From positions 124,001-188,000 of the forward strand of contig NMRA01000388.1 of NCBI GenBank assembly GCA_002633005.1: a DNA stretch of 64,000 nt. The letters are read 5' to 3'. Of the stretch, positions 27,807 through 40,482 are shown piece by piece. The first letter of the stretch is position 1. Each line of letters opens with the position of its first letter. A program made the translations under genes and the position numbers. Source of the stretch: Phoronis australis (taxonomy: Eukaryota > Animalia > Phoronida). Under the pieces are notes generated by a model. That model did no database searches, was not told the origin of the DNA, and worked only from the letters and a program-made list of their open reading frames with translations.

Positions 27807-28787
27807 GAATATGCACATCCAGAGAAACCACAGGGAAGGGATGAGGAACTCATCTAAGCAAAAGACACGTCTATGATCATCAATTATTGCCCGAATTATT
27901 CTGACGACCCGTTTTAGAAGTTCCCTGAGTTCAGTAACGCCAGGACCTGACTAAAAAGCAAGACCTCGCTAACTTACGTCAGATAAGTCATGTATTTTGA
28001 AGGAGAACACGTGATTATGGTTAGATTTTAGCGAGGTTCAGAACAGTTCTCACAGGGGTTTGGCTATCAGAACACACGTCAATGGACTCGTCACCCTTTT
28101 TTCACTCTGTCAAAAACTGCATGCAACGAACGAAAAGTTTTGAGTCATTTCACATCACAAGCCCCACAAATGACCACAGAAACATTATTCTCTCTTGTAT
28201 TTGTGACCCTTTCACTCCTACTGAAAACCAACTAGACTGAAGAAAAAAGATGTAAAAACGCAAAATCAGCACTTTTCACCCCAAAACAATCACTTTCTTG
28301 CCGACGCTCGACTAAAGCCAACATTCGATTCCGAAAGCAAATTCCCTGTCAATTCCAAAAACGTGGTGCAAAAGTAGTGTCAACCAATTTTTTTTTTTTG
28401 CAAAATCTGTCTTGCTTGACGGAGTGCTACCTGAAATCGCGGCCAATTTCTCAGTCGCTACACAGCAATACACAATTGTAATGGGGGACCACCATCTTGA
28501 ACAAGAGTGCAGCTACAGCCGAGCAAGTGGTCTTTTTTCATTCTCAACATGTTCACAAATACAATCAAACTACATTCACTCGGCCTACATCCAATACCTA
28601 ACTCAAAATGCCCCCAAGCCTGGCCTACCCCTAGATTTTAATAGTTTGGGAGAGGAAATTGGCCGCGGCCGCAGCCTAACTGTTCATTACCACCTAACGT
28701 TAATGAACTCCACTCAGGTGTTTATTTAAAATATCCTCACCGGAAAGTCGAACATTTTACGTGTTATCAGGCAGTAAACATGATTAA

Positions 28788-30509
28788 AGGAGAATGCCAC
28801 CCGGTTTAATTAGTCTTTTTTACCGTCTTAATCGGTCTATATCCACATCGAGTCTTATACGGTCGACCTCACCTTGCCGAGAGGTGTCGCGTTAACCTGT
28901 GAGGAAGGTGAGAAATGACGCAACAACGTCAGTGGTTCGTCTGCAGAGTGAATGCCGCTATATTGCGGTGCATCGTTCCCGCTTATCCGAAATATGAAGC
29001 TGCGAAGAAAGCGGGTAAATCGTTTTTTTTTTTGACTTTCTCGAGAGTCCGAAATGCTTAGCAAGTGGCTCGCGGTAGTGAAGAACAACAAGTACGCTGT
29101 TAATAGCAAGTATGAGGCCGTGAAGCATCTCCGTGTCTGTGGCCGGCATTTCGTCGACAATGATTTTTCTGACGAATTCAGGCTTACCAAAGAACTACCC
29201 ATACGTTCCGTTGCCTATGCATGTTCACGGCGCCTCTCTAGTATTTCTTGATCTGTGTATTCCGGTTCGAACTGATAGCCTGTGAAACCTATACGATCCG
29301 ACCCGTGAAGTCTTTGTCGGATGAGCTCTTGACTATGTCGGCTTTGGCGCCGGGTAAGTTGTGATGTACATGTAGACGTTTACTGATTATTCTGCGTTCT
29401 GTTTCAAAAGGAATTATTCTCATCCTAACCAATGCTTACATAAAACTGAAACAAAGTCTTTCTCATTAGATACAATTTGTAATGCCTTTGCAGTATTCGT
29501 GAGTGCAAATGTTGAGAAGCCAGCAGTGAATAAACCACGGCGTTACCGGCATTTGATGCCGGCAATAAAGGTAATTGACCGGGCACCGAAAGTCGTGTGA
29601 ACGCATTCTAATTCAGTGTTTGCTGACAAAAAGCTGTTGTGAAACAATTATTACTCGATTTTATATGCTATGGTCATATGTTAGGGGAATCTTTATTTAG
29701 AAATACAACTGCATCATCCAAATCATTGTTACTGTTCAACCTTTGCCCTGACGGTCTGTGGAAGGGGAACCTAACTTCGCGGCCCCCGACAAGTAAGTAT
29801 ATTTTCAGTTTCGTGGCTAATTCACTTAGATAATTACGTGCACATTATTTCTTTGGCTCATTATTATAGTCTTTTCGTGACTGGAGGTTTAGTTTCCAAC
29901 TCAAGCTAGTTTATATTCGTGCCAGTCCCGGCGGCCGCGACGGGCCTGATCGGGTTCCAAACCAACGGCCGGGATAACGAGTCAGTCCGGTCGCCACGAG
30001 CCTGATCGGGTTCTGAGCCACTGGCCGGGATAACAAGCGTTTTATGTGTTTAGAACTCAAAAAATCACAAGCTTCAACAACATCGATCAATGTTCTCCTG
30101 TCTGTATTTCACGGATCGAAGATTACTTCGAATTTATCTCTGAACAGGCCCTAAACTCCTGCTACGGACCTTAGTAAATTGGCCTGCCGAACTTTGTAGG
30201 CTACGGTGAGTCCAAATACCAATAAATCCGTAACAGCGAAATAAAACAACACGTTTTTACAAGAATTCGGTGTATTTTTAAGGGTCTACATCGAAGTTTG
30301 GTGATTTATTGGTGTTAAACGTTGAATTCAAGCGATAAGTTGACACCACTAATCCCTGTTGTGAACTGCTGAAAAACTGCGTGTGAAACCAATGACGCCA
30401 TTGAATAATTTCAACACCTCCGCCTGTTGTCAGGTTTCAGGTAACGCAACCGAACTACTCGATCAAAATTGATACAAAATAGATTGTTTTTTTCGGGTGG
30501 CATTCTCCT
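28788..30509 (+). mobile_element. Kolobok-like non-autonomous element, copy 3
   Basis: TTAA-AGGAGAATGCCACCC ... GGGTGGCATTCTCCT-TTAA; THAP remnant MPLYCGA...KWLAVV...RVCGRHF around 28952-29250. Confidence 0.85.
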
Positions 30510-31080
30510 TTAAACAAATCAGAACGCCACTTGCCTGAAAGCTATACGTATATGTATTCAAGTACTTCCCGCAATGAAAGAATTATTTTATTATTTTGTG
30601 GTTTGTTTAAATATCCGCTCATTTTAATATTCATTTGCTCGTTTAATAGGTGATCAGCATGAAAGTAAATGATTATTCTGCTCGTGTAAGTGCAGAGTAT
30701 TACTGTTCCTGGGTTTTCTTCAATTTTATTACTCTGCGCGTGTATGCGCAGAGTACAGTTGTTTGCTGCTAAGGTCATATACCGTACTCGTCCGGGTTAC
30801 CGCCCAGGGCGCTTAAATTGGGAATCTAAAAAACAAGGGGTGGGTGATAAGCCGAACATGAGCGGTTAAAATCGAAATTTTTGAAAAGTCAGGAGTGGGT
30901 GTTTACTGCACGGAGGACCGATTTTACCCTCACGGAACTACATTGACGTCGGAGTAGCAGTTCAAATATACGTCGGCGGATTGAAGTAACGGACTTCCAC
31001 TCTCTGAAGTGGAAGAGCGCACACGACACAGTGGCGCCGTGAGCCCGAGCATGATTGAGTTTTTTACGTACCTCCGTCGG

Positions 31081-34000
31081 CAGGGCCGTAGGAAGCGGGG
31101 GGGCCGGGGGGGCCCGTGCCCCCCCCAAAAATTTTCAGCGTAGAAGCTTCTGCAACATTGTATTTTGATTTGAAGTACAGTTTTCTCAGACTTATAACGA
31201 AATTGAAGAATCTGACTTAGTTATCAGAAAAACACCATAAATACGTGTGGATCAGGCAGCTTTTATTTCGCCAAAGAATCGTTTCCCAAGACTGCAGAAC
31301 AAGACTTCAAGTTGATGTTTGGCGTCGTCGGCAAAGTGAAGACCTCACGTGTGTACGGTAAGTGTTACATTATATCTAGCAGTAGCGCGTGCAGTTCTAA
31401 GCTTGAACTTTGGTGTTCAGTGCATTATTCGAGATGTCGACCGCAATGGAGGTAATTGAGTTTTCTAACGTTGTGGAGTTGTTTTTACTGTTCATTGTGA
31501 TTGTCGTGTAGTATAATTGTTTAAGATATAATCTCAAAAACGCTGTTACAATTTTCCAAAATATCGTTTCGTTTTCGTTTTATGCAACTTTAAAACGTTT
31601 TCATAAAAATCTGAAGCACTAGTTTGATTAGCCCTCATGCAAAAGTCGAACATCTTAAGAAAAATTCTTAACCGCGTGTTCGAGAACAGTGTATCGGAAT
31701 TTGAAAGTTCGATGCAAATTCAATACATTTTTGAATTTGGAAAAAATTGGAACTCTTATTAGGTTCTACATAACTTTAAAAGCACAAAATGCAAAACTTA
31801 GATTATAAAAAATTGCGACAAGTTTCCGGTTTCCTAGCAGAAAACTAACCTGAAATTGTGCAAATAGTAATGTTAGGTTCGCGACGGCGGTTACATGTAT
31901 GTGGCTTGTCCCTTTGAAACAACTATCATCCCGTACTTTGTTCTGTGTATGAGCGCATTTTGGGCATTTGCCATGAAGTTGGGGACGTGAAATGGGAAAA
32001 AATCCATTGGCATTCACTAAAAGTGCCATTTCGGAAAGTCGAAATTATGTCTATAAACTCATTCCTGGAATAAGGCCCATTTACGAATTTCTTGTCATTA
32101 CACAGAATTTCAAAACCTATCTAAAGTATCGCATGGCCTTATTTTATAAAGGCAAGTAATCTCTTGATACAACCTTGCAGTTGCTTAATTTCTGTTTATA
32201 GGTGACGAATCCCTCCACGTGACATTAAGGCTGCTGACTGCAGCCGAGCTCTTCATTCACTCTGACTTTTATGCAAGGCACCCACACGTTATTGCTGCTA
32301 CTCAGAAAGAAAACTCTATATCTTCGGATTTTCAAACATTATTCACTGTGGTAATGTCTCAGGAGGACGGTCTTGGAGACACTGTAAACGATGATAATGA
32401 AGCAGCCATTGTAAGAGAGGCAAAGCATCTGTGCCACGATGGGAATTGGAGTGGTCTCATGGCTGTCATGGGTCTGTCGTCTGTATTGAAAATGCCAGTA
32501 ACAAGTGTATATCCCGACGTAGGAAAAAGTGTTCATTCCCTTCATGGGGAGATCTTACCACGTGTATTAGGAAAGGCTTCATGCAACAAATATGCGATTT
32601 TCTTGTGGTCTAGAGATGGAAATCTTGACAACCGACCCGGCGCGATTTTTGAACCAAATCATGTCGTAGCAGTTAGAATAAAAAACACACGCCCTGTACC
32701 TGAGTGTCAAATGAATAAAAAAAGATTTTGCGACGATTCCCAGGAATGTTCAAGAGCAAAGAAGCAGCACGCTTCCAGTCACCAAAGAAAAATAGGTGCC
32801 TTCTTTAAGGTAAAATCCCTACCTGTAACCAGTAACTCACTCACGCTCGAAACTCACTTAATAGGCGGCGCATCACGCACTAAACCTGGAGGTGCTTCAG
32901 CTTGGAATATAAAAAGTAACTCTGAAACGTCAAACACAGAACTATCGGACGTCCTGGAGTCCCACAGTAGCTGTCCTACGCAGTTAGCAAACAGCACTTC
33001 TGAAGAAGCCACATTGCACACAGAGCCACTTGTGGTGAACGCTGGGACTCACAAATCTGGTACTACGAATTTAGAACCATCGAGCCAGTCACAGGAGCTT
33101 TATTGTAGCTTTTCAGCACCAAGTGAAAACTCCCACACTCACCAAAACAGTTCTTCTCAGTCGGCTCACACCATGCAAGAAAAACGTGGTTTACACGACA
33201 TTCCCGAGCATCCACACAAACCTTCAAATCACGTCTTTCCAAAACGACCTTTTGGCAAGAAAAATCGTCAATTTCAAAAACAGTGGTTTATCTCATGGCC
33301 GTGGCTGCATTATATTGAGGGGGAAGATAAGGTGTTGTGTCACATATGTGCAAAAGCTTACCACATGGGTCTGCTGTCTTCAGCAAAACAAGAGCTATCA
33401 TTTGTTGTTACCGGTTATACCAACTGGAAAAAGGCTACTGACAAGACGTCTGGCTTTACGAAGCATGAGAAATCTGAGTGCCATAAAGAAGCAATGGAAC
33501 GCACACTGATAGTGAAGTTGTCTGTCAAAGATGTTGCGGAACAACTGTCAACAGCCCACGGAGAGCAAAAAGCGAAAAACCGCAGAATGTTCCTGAAAAT
33601 ATTAACAAACATACGTTTTTTGGCAAGACAAGGTATACCGTTTAGGGGTGACGGAGATGAACAAGATTCCAATTTTATTCAACTACTCCATCTAAAAGAA
33701 ACAGAGACAGATATTTTGAAATCATGGTTGTCGCAGAAAACAAATAAATATACGTCTCCAGATATTCAAAATGAAGCGATCAAACTGATGGCTTTAAAAG
33801 TTCTCCGAGAAATAGCGTCGTGCATTCGCGGCAGTCCTTATTTTAGTATACTGGCAGACGAAACTACTGACGTGTCTAATAGCGAACAACTCGTCGTTTG
33901 TATCCGATGGGTAGACGAATCATTACAACCCCATGAAGATTTCATCGGATTTCGCCGCTTGGAATTGATGGATGCCCAAACAATTACGTCACTTCTAAAA

Positions 34001-35731
34001 GACACACTGTTGCGGATGAACTTGTCTTTAAGCAGATGTCGTGGTCAATGCTATGATGGTTGCAGCACAATGAGTGGGTCCAAAAATGGAGTCGTTGTCA
34101 ACATTAAACAGGAAGAACATCGCGCCCTGTACACACATTGTTATGGCCACGCGTTGAATCTTGCCTGCTCAGATAGTATCAAACGATGCAAGCTGATGGC
34201 AGATGCTTTAGACACCACGTACGAAATTACCAAACTGATAAAAAAATCTCCCAAACGTGACGCACAGTTGAATAAAATACGAGATGCGTTGCTTGACGAC
34301 AGAGAAGTGGGTAATATTCGGCAACTGTGTCCAACGAGATGGACCGTGAAGGCTGACGCTCTGAATCGTGTGATAGGTAACTATGATTGTTTACAGGAAC
34401 TCTGGTCCTGGGGAGTCCAAAATTGCAATGATTCAGAAATGAAAGCGCGGATACGTGGAATTCAGTCTCACATGACACAGTTTAGTTTCTTTTACGGTTT
34501 AGTACTTTCAGAGCGCCTGTTGGTGCATGCTGACAATCTGAGTACAACTTTACAAAGCGTTCAGATGTCCGCGGCTGAGGCTCAAAAGATTGCCAAAATG
34601 ACCCTTACTACATTAGAACGGATGAGAAACGACAGAGAATTTAAAAACTTCTGGGATGAAGTCCTAGCTTGTGCAAAGGATCATCACGTCAAAGATCCTG
34701 GTCTCCCTAGACGCAATAGAAAACCCGCTAGATACGAAACAGGAAATGCGCCTCCGGAGTTTTCTTCGAGTCCAGAAGATTATTATAGAAGAATTTATTT
34801 TGAAGCTCTTGACAATATCATTGCATCAATACGGGACAGGTTTGATCAAGAAGATTACAAAATTTATATGCAGTGTGAGGAGCTGATACTCAAGGCGGCA
34901 AAAGGGGAAAACTTTGAAAATGAATACCAAGATGTTATCAGTTTTTATGAAGATGATTTTGATTCAACACTGCGCTGTCACCTGGCTACGTTTGGGGCCA
35001 ATTATGCACAGGATGGTAGTCAAGAGGTAACATTGTCTCGTGTTGTGGATCATTTGCAGAAATTATCAGCCGGTCAAAAACACTTGATCGAAAATGTAAT
35101 TAAACTAGCAAACTTGCTGTTAGTGATGCCTGCAACAAATGCCAGTAGCGAACGAGCATTTAGTGCTCTTAGGCGTGTTAAGTCATATTTACGTTCCACA
35201 ATGGGACAGGGGAGGTTGAACCATTTAATGTTGCTCCATGTTCACAAAGACATGTGCGATAAGCTAAATTTGGTGGATGTGGCAAACGATTTTGTACGAG
35301 GAAGTGAAATGCGAAAGGCACAACTCGGGGTTTTTACCACGTTAGACTTAGCTGCAGCCCGAGTTCCTGTGTGCAGCAGGGCAACGTCCACTGATTTATG
35401 TTGAAGAGTAAATAAAAACATTTATAATTATTTCACACCTTCATTCTTACTGTTCAGCAAGAGTAATCGTATGAGCGGCATGTATGTTGCTCCAAAAATT
35501 TCCAGTCAATCTTAACAAAAAATTAACTCTAAAAGTACAGCATCTGTTACACACCTTATTATTAGTAGACATATTTTTTCATATAATTCAAAACGTACCT
35601 AGTGGTTGCAGTAGTTCATTTTACAGCGTTGGTATATACACCCCAGTGCAACGCAGTGGTTTCGAAATTAGAAGTTACGTATCGACCAGGGTCGGTGCCC
35701 CCCCAATAATTTTTACCTTCCTACGGGCCTG
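31081..35731 (+). mobile_element. Full-length hAT DNA transposon with 5-bp TSD (hAT5-like)
   Basis: TIRs cagggccgtaggaag / cttcctacgggcctg (14/15 match); GTCGG duplicated at 31076-31080 and 35732-35736; contains an uninterrupted transposase ORF. Confidence 0.92.
32202..35404 (+). CDS. hAT transposase (ZMYM1/THAP12-like: ZnF-TTF, DUF4371, DDE, hATC) with N-terminal vertnin-like OTU-type region
   Basis: Motifs WFISWPWLHY..CHIC..HEKSECH, FSILADETTD, GQCYDG, HCYGH, LCPTRW and SSERAFSAL. The ORF track start is GTG; a tttatag acceptor at 32200-32201 implies an upstream exon (candidate ATGTCGACCGCAATGGAG|GTAATT near 31434-31451). Confidence 0.92.
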
Positions 35732-36524
35732 GTCGGTGGTCGTCATCTCTTAGAACTAAGGTATTCCTACAGGTAGGCGTGCGTTCAGTAGAGCAAGTTT
35801 CTTGAGAGAAAAGACAGATCAAGCAAAACTCCGCTAGTGCGCCACGTATTTATAATAATATAAGGGAAGCACCTGATTTTGTAGATTTGCTCCCAACTAG
35901 ACACTTTGGCAACCAAAACACGTCCTAATGATTGACAGGTCTCAGTTCTTTTAAGAACATAAAAATGCTTTGAACCTAGTTTGAAAATGAAACATTTTAT
36001 ATAAATTGTATTCTTCTTTCTGAGTTGAACACTCTTGTTCAAAGCACGCCTACTCAACAATCGGACGATACTATTATTAGGCAATAGGGGTGCTAGATGG
36101 GCTGAAAAAATAACGTAGCAAAACACATCATGTAAAAAGACATCAGGAAAATCAAGAGTTCAAAAAATAAGTTTTTGAGGACGTGGATGTGGATAGAATG
36201 TTCGACTTACGCTTAACGACAAGTTGATTTCTTGAGATGTTGCTGTTAGTTGGGCGCTTCCATTTTGGTTGGGCGCTTCCATTTTGGTGTCGGGAGTGAG
36301 TCATTTAAAACATGCATTTAACCAAGGCAGTGAACAGAAAGACAAGTTCCTTTGTCACAATGACTCGTGTCTGCTTGTATTGAAAACAATGCGTCCAAAA
36401 TTATGTCGGTGTGCTCGTGTTTTTTTCTTATTTCATTGCTCAGGGTGGTGATGTTTCGTGTAGTCACAGCACCCACGGGAAATCACAGAAAGGTAGGCCG
36501 CGGACTTGCAATTACTGTCAAGTA

Positions 36525-37114
36525 CTCGCTGGTTTCCTGCATGCCGCTAGGTGGAGCGGTAGCCGCGCCAGCACGCAGGTATCCCTTAATTTTCCTCGGG
36601 AAATTGTTTTACACCGGGGTTTCTGATTGGCTAGTCGAATTCTCAACAGGTAGCGCTTTACGCAAACAAACTGGCATGACTGATGGACTGAAATGTAAAT
36701 GTCATTGGTATGTTGGGCAGAGAAATCGGTGTTTAATATTTATGTTCAGGAAATTTGAATCCTAGAAATTGTGGTTGCGCCTTTTCGGAGTGCATCTTTC
36801 TACTGTCGATGACATTTGTTTACGATACTGTCCTGTATTCACACAGTATGAATAACACACCGTTAAATCGGCCAGGTATATGTTTATTGAAGATGTACGT
36901 GCCTCAAGCACGCGGCTGTTAAACATCACTGCAGAAACGAAATAGTTGATGCGACGCCACTTGCATGACAAGGGTAAAAATCGTTCACTGTCCGCCATTT
37001 TTTCACGGTGTTGTAAAGCTAACCAATGATTGCTCAGGTTACATCATCCAATGCTTAAGCGGGTGCCACTGCGTGATACCTGCGTGCTGGCTAGGCACGT
37101 AGGGGACCAGCGAG
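36525..37114. mobile_element. MITE with 10-bp TSD
   Basis: Termini ctcgctgg / ccagcgag; subterminal inverted repeat gccagcacgcaggtatc / gatacctgcgtgctggc; ctgtcaagta duplicated at 36515-36524 and 37115-37124. Confidence 0.8.
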
Positions 37115-38297
37115 CTGTCAAGTACCGCTTTGCTGGTTCTTTCCCGGCAATGAAATGCATTCGACAAACGCTGTCTCAGTGATCAGTAAATGCTGACACG
37201 AGTTCGGCGTGTGAGCCAAAGGATATAATTGTGTCTCCTTCAGTAAAGTGTATGAGAATACGCCCGTTGGGTACTTAACCGCTATAGTAAGGCAAGGTCC
37301 GGTTCCGCTAAAACTGTTTCATTGTCTGTGAAAGGTAAGCAAGTTACGCACGTTTTGGAATCTTAGTTTTGAGCGACGAAGGTTCACAGAAGCACAGACA
37401 CTTTAAGAAAGTCTCGATGATGAAAAATTGGGGGTGGGCGGTAAAGAGCACGGGCTGTTAAAAATGAAAAATTTAAAATTTCGGGGATGGGCAGTAAGCC
37501 GAGCATGGGCGGTAACCCGGACGAGTACGGTAATTTTCAACATGCTACTCTTTCTTCAGTTTTAAACGTTTCTTCTTCAAATTAGGTGCACAGATGTAAG
37601 TCAGAAAGGCAAATTAAAAAGTACTTTTCTAAGTAATCGGCTCATCCAATCAGGTCAAGCACACTACTCCACTAACCAATTGGGGCATCCAACCGGAACC
37701 AAAAGATCAAAGGTCATTTAGTGTAAACTAAGATTTTGAGCTAGACACTTCAAATTCATATACTTGTTTGCTACATGTAATTGAGTTCCAAATTTAATCA
37801 GGTCATATGATGCAACCATGGGTACGTCATTAGATGCATTTTTCTTCCGTTACTCATTTGTATCTCTTCAATTAGCTCCTGATAGCCAAAGATGATATTC
37901 AATGCTGGGTGTGAACTTCAAAAGTAAGCAATGCCTGGTAATTAATTGATGTACCCTCTGTTCATTCAACTTTCCTGCAGATCGGAGACACTCTCGAGTT
38001 CCCTAATGAAGATGAAAGTTCAATTAAGAGGTTCAAGGCGACTTTTTGCAGTTTTCATAGGTTTTCGGCAGTTCTCCATGGGAAAAATAATGACTGGGCA
38101 TTGGAAAGAAAATTGGTTAAAAGTATCGGCAGTAAAGGGCTCAGTTAGAAGTCTACAAATTTCAAACTGTCAAACTTCCTCTTTGTGAATGCCGGAAACT
38201 ACAGTCGGCTCATTCCCCAGCCCTTGAGTTTTAACGTTTTCAATTTTGAATAACCTTTCTGCTTGATCCCATGCTTTAGTTCTTTTTTCCTGACTGT

Positions 38298-38710
38298 GCT
38301 AACCTGGACAAATACAGTAATTGAATGTCAGTTGTTTTGTCCCGAGTGCTAATTTGGGCAAATACAATAATTAAATGTCAACATTTTGTCGTGGGTACTA
38401 ACCAGGACATATACAATAATTGAACCTCAATATATTTGTCCTGAGTACCACCTTGGACAAATCCAATAGTTGAAAGTCGATAATTTTCGTCTTGAATGCT
38501 AACTTGGACAAAGACAACAATTGAATGTTAATATTTTTGTCTTGATTGATAACCTGGAGAAATACAATAATTGAACTCGACAATTTTGTCCTGGGTGTTA
38601 ACCTGGAGAAATACAATAATTTTGTCAATAATTTTGTCTTCAGTGTTATTCTGTACCAATACAAGAATTGAATGTCAATAATTTTAGTCTTGAATATTAA
38701 CCTGCACTTT
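38298..38710. repeat. Degenerate ~50-bp tandem repeat, ~8 units
   Basis: Unit resembles gctaacctggacaaatacaataattgaatgtcaataattttgtcctgagt, recurring about every 50 nt. Confidence 0.8.
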
Positions 38711-39055
38711 ATTGTTTTTTCAAAGTCTTATATTGATGCAACAAGTGTTTGCTATAAAATAAGGAAAAGATTATTTTGAAGCTATTTTAGCTCAAGCAGT
38801 CATGCAAGAGAGTTGGACAACTTCAAGTCCACAACTGCCCTGGCCCCCTGCACTTTAATGGACGACGATCGTGTGGTGTTGATGAGTTTGTGAAACAGGT
38901 TTTGTTGACATGAAAAGACTAAAATATTGCTTCATTTATTCAAATTTGCCTTTGTACCTCAAATTAAGGTTCATTATACCACAATATTAGCCTAGAATGG
39001 CAGATACAACCGTGTAATAACCCATAAAGTTATCTCACTAGTGAGATAACATTTT

Positions 39056-39135
39056 TGGCGGGAAACCGCGGACGGAGTCGAACCCGAGCCTCAATAGTTA
39101 CGAGCCGCCGACTTTATCAGTACACCACTCAGCGG
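39056..39135 (-). mobile_element. tRNA-like SINE head or tRNA pseudogene
   Basis: On -, gctgagtggt A box and ggttcgactcc B box; I could not fold a cloverleaf. Confidence 0.45.
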
Positions 39136-39655
39136 CTGACGTCATCGAACGTGAAAATAGAATACTTAAATGAGCACGCCCAACAATCGCATGCTCAGCA
39201 AAGGACACTGCACCGACATTTATACGCTATGAAAAATAAGACGCATAATTTCCATAAAAACGATATTTTAATTCAGTGAATTTTTTCTCTCGTGTTCTCT
39301 CACTTGTAGGTGTCGTGTGGTCGGGATCCTTTGACTTGAGCATTATAGTCAGTTACTAGTGGTAACCTACTTTAGCAGACGATATATTCCCGGTCGAAGC
39401 TTAGCGTGATAAAATGAGTAGCAAGCTATAATAGTTGCTAAACCTTAATTTATAGGTTCACTTTATTTCTATTTTGTTTTATTTTTCAATTGGTTTTGAG
39501 TAAAAGCATTATTTTACAAAAATATCTCGGCTTTTCTTAAAAGGTTACGACCTCCGACCCCGAGCCTCTAAGATAGAAAGTAGTTACAAAGCCGAGGAGA
39601 GTCGCGAAAGGTAGATCGATTCATTGCAAAGTTTCTCGTTCGGTATGTGGTATAA

Positions 39656-39819
39656 ATAGATTATTACATGTTCTCAGTCGTTATCCCCCTTATCTAGAGC
39701 CCGAGTGGATTTTGGAGAATTATCGCCCGAGGGGCGTTAGCCCCGAGGGTGATAATTCTACAAAATCCACTCGGGCTCTAGATAACGGGGGACAACGACT
39801 TCGCCATGTAATAATCTAT
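39656..39819. repeat. 164-bp near-perfect palindrome (Crypton-like fold-back element)
   Basis: Arms atagattattacatg...ttatctagagcccgagtggatttt / aaaatccactcgggctctagataa...catgtaataatctat, centre ggggc-gtta-gcccc. Confidence 0.85.
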
Positions 39820-39928
39820 ACAGTATGTACATGTGTATGTATACACTTATGTTTTTGCCTAATATCGTGTTGAGCGTATAGAGCAATTTAGGGGAAAATT
39901 TGATGTCACGCTATACACATTTTTCACG

Positions 39929-40089
39929 CAGTCGCCATTTTGAAAGTGAGCCTCTTTTTAGGTTTTAAGAACAATGCATTCTGCGCTTAATCATAGCAAA
40001 AGCGTGATTTTTCCCGTGTCTCATATTTATGTCTCAAATGCATTGTTTTTTAAACCTAAAACGAGGCTCATTACCAAAATGGCGACTGC
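39929..40089. repeat. Fold-back MITE-like inverted repeat
   Basis: gcagtcgccattttg...aacaatgcatt / aatgcattgtt...caaaatggcgactgc. Confidence 0.7.
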
Positions 40090-40196
40090 TTGAATGAGGT
40101 CTATTATTTAACATTTAAGCAACAACAGAAATCAGTCGATTCTGAAATTAAGTAATTTGGTCTTTAAAATCAAAACTATATTCAAACTCTTGTAAA

Positions 40197-40202
40197 TTTA
40201 TT
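40197..40202 (-). terminator. Candidate polyadenylation signal (AATAAA) of NIT-GC
   Basis: AATAAA on the minus strand about 280 nt after the stop codon. Confidence 0.3.
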
Positions 40203-40482
40203 ACTGTTGTAAAATAACGACTACGCTGACGTTTGTTGACAATGTCCAATCCACTTGAGTCACAAAGTTTGTCTTATACTCCCACCTACTTCGCTACTGC
40301 TAAATAGGTATTTAGCTCGTCGCAGTTAAGCACATCCAAATCACTTGAGCAATCAAGGATTGGTTTTCTAATGTATGTACACTGCTAAATAGAAACAAAT
40401 TTAGTTTTTCTGGCATACTTGTGTTGAGCTTAAGACTAATTTTTTTACTTGTAAGCCTTGAAACACGAAACATAAGTACCCA

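Larger units (their letters stand above)
30782..37530. mobile_element. Non-autonomous Tc1/mariner-superfamily (pogo/Tc2-like) element hosting nested insertions
   Basis: Perfect 25-bp TIR ccgtactcgtccgggttaccgccca at both ends, each flanked by TA. Confidence 0.85.

Noticed and set aside
32339-34886. Short overlapping or antisense ORFs within the transposase
   Set aside because: Shadow frames of the long ORF with no recognisable motifs; likewise 61157..61450 and 61738..61962 opposite NIT-GC.
32219-35404. Domesticated host gene (ZMYM1/THAP12 or vertnin orthologue)
   Set aside because: It is bounded by TIRs and a TSD and inserted in another transposon, and it has no MYM fingers or THAP domain.
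38298-38710. Regularly spaced repeats as a CRISPR array
   Set aside because: The units are degenerate over their whole length, with no unique spacers and no cas genes; the context is eukaryotic.
39056-39135. Functional tRNA gene
   Set aside because: A and B boxes are present, but there is no convincing acceptor or anticodon stem; more likely a SINE head.
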